Assembly (NCBI GenBank): GCA_035533475.1
Contig: DATLTS010000046.1
Location: 2,229 to 66,228, forward strand
DNA: 64,000 nucleotides
Origin: Mycobacteriales bacterium
GTDB lineage: Bacteria; Actinomycetota; Actinomycetes; DATLTS01
Reading direction: 5' to 3'
Shown: piece after piece, positions 59,685 through 64,000 of the stretch
Layout: each line of letters starts with the position of its first letter
Position numbering within the stretch: the first letter of the stretch is position 1
Position numbers and translations under genes: made by a program
Notes under the pieces: generated by a model
What the model saw: the letters and a program-made list of their open reading frames with translations, nothing else
Told to the model about the DNA's origin: nothing
The model's database searches: none

Positions 59685-60686
59685 GTCCGCCAGCGCGCGC
59701 AGCTGCGCCGGGTCCCGAACCCCGCCGATGAGCAGCGTTCGCACCGGGCTGGCCCGCCACAGCTCGAGCCGCTCGCGGATTCGCGCCAGCGGACCGCAGA
59801 GCGCGATGCCGTCCGCCAGGCTGTCCGGGACGGCTCGCATTGCCGCCTCGCGATCGCCGGCTAGAAACAGCCGCTGCACGACTGCCGCAGACTCGGCGTA
59901 GCCCATCCGGGCAATGACGTTCAGATGGAAGTTCTGACTCGCTGCTCCCATCCCGCCGATGTAGAAGGCCAAACTCCACTTGACCAGGCTCAGTGCCTGC
60001 TCGACATCATCGTGGATGGACACGGTCACCGGGCAGGCCACTTCGAAGTCCGGTCCCGCTCCGGCCAGCGCCTCCGCGTACACCTCGGCTCCACGTTCGA
60101 CGTGGTAGAAGATCGGCAGCCAACCATCCGCTATTTCGGCCGCCAGCGCGACGTTCTTCGGTCCCTCCGCTCCGAGCAGCACCGGGATCCGCTCCCGGAG
60201 CGGATGCAGGGTGAGCTTCAGCGGCTTACCGAGCCCGGCGCCCCCGGGGTAGGGCATCGGGTAGTGCGGCCCGTCGTTGCGCACCACGTCCCTACGCCAG
60301 ACCGACCGGAGGATCTCGACGTACTCCCGGGTCCTTGCAAGCGGTTGGGGAAACGGCAGCCCGTACCAGCCCTCGACCACCTGTGGACCGGATACCCCCA
60401 GTCCCAGCGTCAGCCGGCCACCGGATAGGGCGTCCAGGGTCGCCGCAGTCATCGCCGTCGCGGCAGGGGTCCGCGCGGATATCTGCACGAGCCCGGTACC
60501 GAGCCGGATCCGGGATGTACGGGCCGCGTACCAGGTGAGCGGAGTGAATGCGTCGGAACCGTAAGCCTCCGCGGTCCAGACCGATCCAAAGCCGCAATCC
60601 TCCGCCGCGAGCACGGCGTCCGTCGCGTCGTCGGGTTGCGCCCCCCAGTAGCCGAGCATCAGACCGAGGTTGAGGTCGCTCACCAT
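59670..60686 (-). CDS. Luciferase-like monooxygenase family oxidoreductase (probably F420-dependent)
   Basis: LGLMLGYWGAQP... and TIM-barrel LLM signatures. ATG at 60686 with a gggagg RBS lies 11 nt downstream of the fadE stop. Confidence 0.8.
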   Translation of the reverse strand: MVSDLNLGLMLGYWGAQPDDATDAVLAAEDCGFGSVWTAEAYGSDAFTPLTWYAARTSRIRLGTGLVQISARTPAATAMTAATLDALSGGRLTLGLGVSGPQVVEGWYGLPFPQPLARTREYVEILRSVWRRDVVRNDGPHYPMPYPGGAGLGKPLKLTLHPLRERIPVLLGAEGPKNVALAAEIADGWLPIFYHVERGAEVYAEALAGAGPDFEVACPVTVSIHDDVEQALSLVKWSLAFYIGGMGAASQNFHLNVIARMGYAESAAVVQRLFLAGDREAAMRAVPDSLADGIALCGPLARIRERLELWRASPVRTLLIGGVRDPAQLRALADLTSS

Positions 60687-60697
60687 GGCGTGCCTCC

Positions 60698-62851
60698 CTA
60701 GCCCCGCGGCAAGCCGAGGATGCGCTCCCCGACGACATTGCGGAGAACCTCGCTCGTCCCACCAGCGATCGTCAGTGCCCGGCTCGCCAGGAAGCGGTGG
60801 TAGGCCGCGGTCTGTTCGGGGGCGGCCTCCGGCCCGAGCAGTTCGAGACCGAGCTCCGCCGCATCCTGGCGCAGGTGCATGCCGACGAGCTTGCGGACGC
60901 TCGAGGCAGCCCCCGGATCGGTGCCAGACACCCGAGCGAGGGTGGATCGGAGCCCGAGCATGCCGTCCGCCTGAGCCAGACACACGAGCCGCCCCACGCG
61001 GTCCAATACACCCTGATCGTCGAGGTGGCCAGTCCCGGCAAGGCCCTCCAGCACGTCCTCGACCCCGGACGGGAAGGCCGAGCCGCTGCTCATGGCCACC
61101 CGCTCGTTCGCGAGCGTCGTCCTGGCCAGGCTCCAGCCGCGACCCACCTCGCCCACGACGCAGTCGTCGGCGACGAAGACATCGGACAGGAAGATTTCGT
61201 TGAACAACGCCTCCCCGGTCAGTTCGCGCAGCGGACGCACATCGATCCCTGGGCTGGTCATGTCAATCAGGAAGTAGGTGATCCCCTCGTGCCGTCTTTG
61301 CCCATCCGAGCCGGTACGGGCCAGGCAGATCGCCCAGTCCGCCTGGCGCGCGGACGACGTCCATACCTTCTGCCCGGAGATGGACCAACCCCCATCGACC
61401 CGGACCGCCCTCGTCTGCAGGGACGCCAGGTCAGACCCGGCTTCGGGTTCGCTGAACATCTGGCACCAGGAGATCTCGCCGGCCAAAGTCGGTGGGACGA
61501 ACCGGGCCCGCTGCTCCGCCGTCCCGTACTGCAAGATCGTGGGTAGCGCCCAGTTGCCGATGACCAGATCGGGGCGCTCGACGCCGGACCGGCGGAACTC
61601 CTCGTCGATCACCAGCTGCTCGAGGGGGCCCGCATCCCGACCGTACGGCGCGGGCCAGTGCGGGACCAGATAGCCAGACTCCGCGATCCGCCGACGCCTC
61701 CCGACCGCGTCTTCAGGGCCGATCGAGTCGAGAAAGGACCGAACTTCGGGCCGGTAGCTCTCGGCGGCGACCGGCAGGTCGATCTTCCGGCCCCGGCGAC
61801 CTCCGGCTCTGGCGGTGATCGCGGCACGGCGTCTCCAAAGCTCCGTACCGCCGACAAGCTGGCGGCTGGCCACGGCGCGCTTGAGATAGAGATGGGCGTC
61901 GTGCTCCCAGGTGAAGCCGATCCCGCCGAGGATTTGGATACAAGCCTTCGCGCAACCGACGGCCGCCTCCAGGCAGACGGCCCCGGCGGTTGCAACCGCC
62001 AGCCGGCGCTCGTCGGCAGAGGCTCCGGTGCTGCTTACCGCGCGGGCGGCATCCCACGCAGCCGCCCGGGCCAACTCAACTTCCACCAGCATGTCGGCGC
62101 AGCGATGCTTGACCGCCTGGAAGGCCCCGATCGGGCGGCCGAACTGGATCCGGTCGCGGGCATGGCCACACGCGGTGTCGAGGCACCACCCGGCGATCCC
62201 GGCGGCCTCAGCCGAGAGCAGGACCACCGCCCAGTCCCGGACCATGTCGGAGTCGACCCCATCGAGCCGTCGGCCTGCGCCGAGCCTGATCCCGGCCGTG
62301 GACAACCGCGCGATCCGCCGGCCCGGGTCCATACCCGGCCTCGAGGTAAGGGTGACGTCAGCCGCGTCCACGACGTACCACGCACGCCGGTCGCCGAGGT
62401 CGACGGGCACCAGGCAGAGCCGGACGGCGGCACCGCCGAGCAGCAGGCCGACGTCCCCGGCCGCGACAACGCCACCCCCGTCCGGTCGGCCGACGAGCGT
62501 CTGGTCGCCGAGCGCAACCGCCACCGGCGCCGAGCCGTCCAGAATCCCGGGGAGCAGTTCAGGCGCAGGTGGCCGCCCCTGCACGAGAACCGCGGCCAGG
62601 ACGGTCGGCAGGTACGGTCCGGGCGCGACGCAGCGGCCCAACTCGTCGAGGATCACAGCGAGTTCCGGGCCGCCGCCCTCAGCCGCCGCCGCGACCAGGC
62701 CCTGACCGGCGAGCGAATCCCACCAGGACGGCAGCTCGTCGGCGTCGGACTCGGCTGCCGACCGGGCACTCGCGGCGACCTGTGAACGCAGCGCCCAGCC
62801 GCGCACGGATGCGCCGAGCGCCTCCTGCTCTTCACCGATACCGAGGCCCAT
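60698..62851 (-). CDS. Fused double acyl-CoA dehydrogenase (two tandem ACAD domains, FadE34/ChsE3-like architecture)
   Basis: 717 aa. The C-terminal ACAD signature occurs twice (ILGGIGFTWEHDAHLYLKRA in the middle; a second ACAD core in the C-terminal half). Confidence 0.8.
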   Translation of the reverse strand: MGLGIGEEQEALGASVRGWALRSQVAASARSAAESDADELPSWWDSLAGQGLVAAAAEGGGPELAVILDELGRCVAPGPYLPTVLAAVLVQGRPPAPELLPGILDGSAPVAVALGDQTLVGRPDGGGVVAAGDVGLLLGGAAVRLCLVPVDLGDRRAWYVVDAADVTLTSRPGMDPGRRIARLSTAGIRLGAGRRLDGVDSDMVRDWAVVLLSAEAAGIAGWCLDTACGHARDRIQFGRPIGAFQAVKHRCADMLVEVELARAAAWDAARAVSSTGASADERRLAVATAGAVCLEAAVGCAKACIQILGGIGFTWEHDAHLYLKRAVASRQLVGGTELWRRRAAITARAGGRRGRKIDLPVAAESYRPEVRSFLDSIGPEDAVGRRRRIAESGYLVPHWPAPYGRDAGPLEQLVIDEEFRRSGVERPDLVIGNWALPTILQYGTAEQRARFVPPTLAGEISWCQMFSEPEAGSDLASLQTRAVRVDGGWSISGQKVWTSSARQADWAICLARTGSDGQRRHEGITYFLIDMTSPGIDVRPLRELTGEALFNEIFLSDVFVADDCVVGEVGRGWSLARTTLANERVAMSSGSAFPSGVEDVLEGLAGTGHLDDQGVLDRVGRLVCLAQADGMLGLRSTLARVSGTDPGAASSVRKLVGMHLRQDAAELGLELLGPEAAPEQTAAYHRFLASRALTIAGGTSEVLRNVVGERILGLPRG

Positions 62852-62975
62852 TCACCCACCCTGCCGGTAGTGGTCGCACACGGTCGAACGGCATATACTA
62901 GAACGTGTTTCATTTTTCGGATACCAGCGCCTGGCCGGATCCCGCGCGAGGGTGGGCGGCTGCTGAGCGACGGGC

Positions 62976-63890
62976 GTGATGGACTGGACGCTCTGGGCCG
63001 GCAAAGCCCTGGGTCGGCTGGTAACTGCCCCCAGGCCGGCCACCGTTCCGACGACGCGACTGGTCGAGCTACCCGGCCGCGGCACGACGTCCGTCATCGA
63101 CTTGCCCGGGCCACCTGATGCCCAGACGCTCGTTCTCCTCCACGCGCTGGGGACCACGGCGCGGCTGAGTTGGTATCCCTCACTCGAGACGCTCGCAGAG
63201 CGCTACCGCGTCGTGGCCTTCGACCAGCGCTGGCACGGGTCGGGAATCCGGTCCCGCGAATTCCGGCTGGTTGATTGCGCCGACGACGCGGTCGCGGTCG
63301 CCGACCTGCTCGGCCTCGACCGTTTCGTCGTCGTCGGGTATTCGATGGGCGGCGCGGTCGCCCAGTTGATCTGGCGCCGGCACCGGTCCCGGGTGGCCGG
63401 CTTGGTGCTTGCGGCGACCGCTCGCAACTACCGGGGAAAGGTCGGGGAGCGGCTCTGGTTCCAGCTGACCCGGGCGTCGATGGCGCGCTTCGGTGGGCAC
63501 GCCCATGGCCGAGTGGAACAGCTCGGCACGCGAGTCGCTGCGCTGGACGGCAACGGTTACCAGGACGAACTGTCCCGCTGGGCCATGCGGGAATTCCGCA
63601 GCACGAGCGTGTGGTCGATGCTCGCCGCACTCGATGAGCTGGGGCGGTTCGATTCCTCGGCCTGGATCCGGCGGGTGGACATTCCGACCAGCGTGATCGT
63701 CATGACCCGAGACCGGTTCGTTCCGACCCGACGTCAACGCAGCCTCGCGGCCGCGATACCGGGTGCGATCTCCTTCGACGTCGCCGGTCACCATGCCGCG
63801 CTGGTGCTCGGTGCCGATGAGTTCGTGCCCGTACTTCGCGCCGCCTGCGACTCGGTGGTCCGCCGAATCGATCAGGCCGGACGGCCCTGA
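62976..63890 (+). CDS. Alpha/beta hydrolase fold protein
   Basis: HALGTT..., GYSMGG nucleophile elbow and a C-terminal His region (VAGHHAAL). Confidence 0.8.
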   Translation: MMDWTLWAGKALGRLVTAPRPATVPTTRLVELPGRGTTSVIDLPGPPDAQTLVLLHALGTTARLSWYPSLETLAERYRVVAFDQRWHGSGIRSREFRLVDCADDAVAVADLLGLDRFVVVGYSMGGAVAQLIWRRHRSRVAGLVLAATARNYRGKVGERLWFQLTRASMARFGGHAHGRVEQLGTRVAALDGNGYQDELSRWAMREFRSTSVWSMLAALDELGRFDSSAWIRRVDIPTSVIVMTRDRFVPTRRQRSLAAAIPGAISFDVAGHHAALVLGADEFVPVLRAACDSVVRRIDQAGRP

Positions 63891-64000
63891 CGCGGAGTCG
63901 CCCGAGCTTTTCTCGGCGTCGCTGCGGACCGACCCCCGGGCAACTCGTCGGCTGCCCGCACGAGCTCCGCGAGGGCTGCGGGCACGGCGTCGACGAGATC

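Overview
This window is a high-GC (roughly 70%) actinobacterial chromosomal segment, and gene order over the first ~30 kb follows the Mycobacterium/Corynebacteriales core backbone. Almost all real genes sit on one of two strands, each mirrored by long spurious shadow ORFs on the opposite strand, which I ignore.

Stretch 1, positions 1 to 34 kb: conserved housekeeping synteny.
- Genes in order: glnD (partial), two tandem PII genes, ftsY, a PAS-GGDEF-EAL protein, smc, fpg, rnc, an ACP-like gene, plsX, rpmF, a DUF177 protein, coaD, rsmD, recG, a DAK2/YloV-family protein with divergent rpmB, thiD, thiL, ddl, a RipA-like NlpC/P60 peptidase, gpsA, plsC, cofC/fbiD, hupB, leuCD, and an IclR regulator (LtbR-like).
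- Further downstream are a secreted BNR-repeat protein, a MarR regulator and a conserved hypothetical.

Stretch 2, positions 34 to 46 kb and 57 to 63 kb: a steroid-ring (HIP/KstR2-type) and side-chain beta-oxidation-like cluster.
- It contains IpdAB-like CoA transferase subunits, an EchA20-like hydratase, an IpdC-like nitronate monooxygenase, an SDR, a TetR regulator, several acyl-CoA dehydrogenases, a family III CoA transferase, a MaoC hotdog pair and a FadE34-like fused double acyl-CoA dehydrogenase.
- Flanking genes include an F420-type luciferase-like oxidoreductase, a WS/DGAT, a beta-lactamase-fold hydrolase and an alpha/beta hydrolase.
- One NAD-epimerase gene carries an apparent frameshift.

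Stretch 3, positions 46.0 to 57.1 kb: the most interesting part, an ~11 kb non-canonical type VII secretion-like island embedded in the catabolic cluster.
- It has a WXG100 gene, a second ~100-aa partner, a 483-aa protein with an N-terminal WXG-like domain (candidate effector/toxin), and an overlapping candidate immunity/chaperone gene.
- These are followed by a 1440-aa EccC/EssC-type triple-FtsK ATPase with an unusual N-terminal ubiquitin-like domain and an FHA domain.
- Divergent from it are a stand-alone FHA protein, a proline-rich membrane protein carrying three Thr-containing tandem repeats, and a large membrane Ser/Thr kinase with a Cys-rich extracytoplasmic domain.
- No EccB, EccD, EccE, MycP, EssB or EsaA homologues are visible.
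- The arrangement suggests a minimal T7SS whose activity may be controlled by Thr-phosphorylation (STPK/FHA), by analogy with Fha/PpkA control of type VI secretion.

No rRNA, tRNA, CRISPR array or mobile element was recognised.
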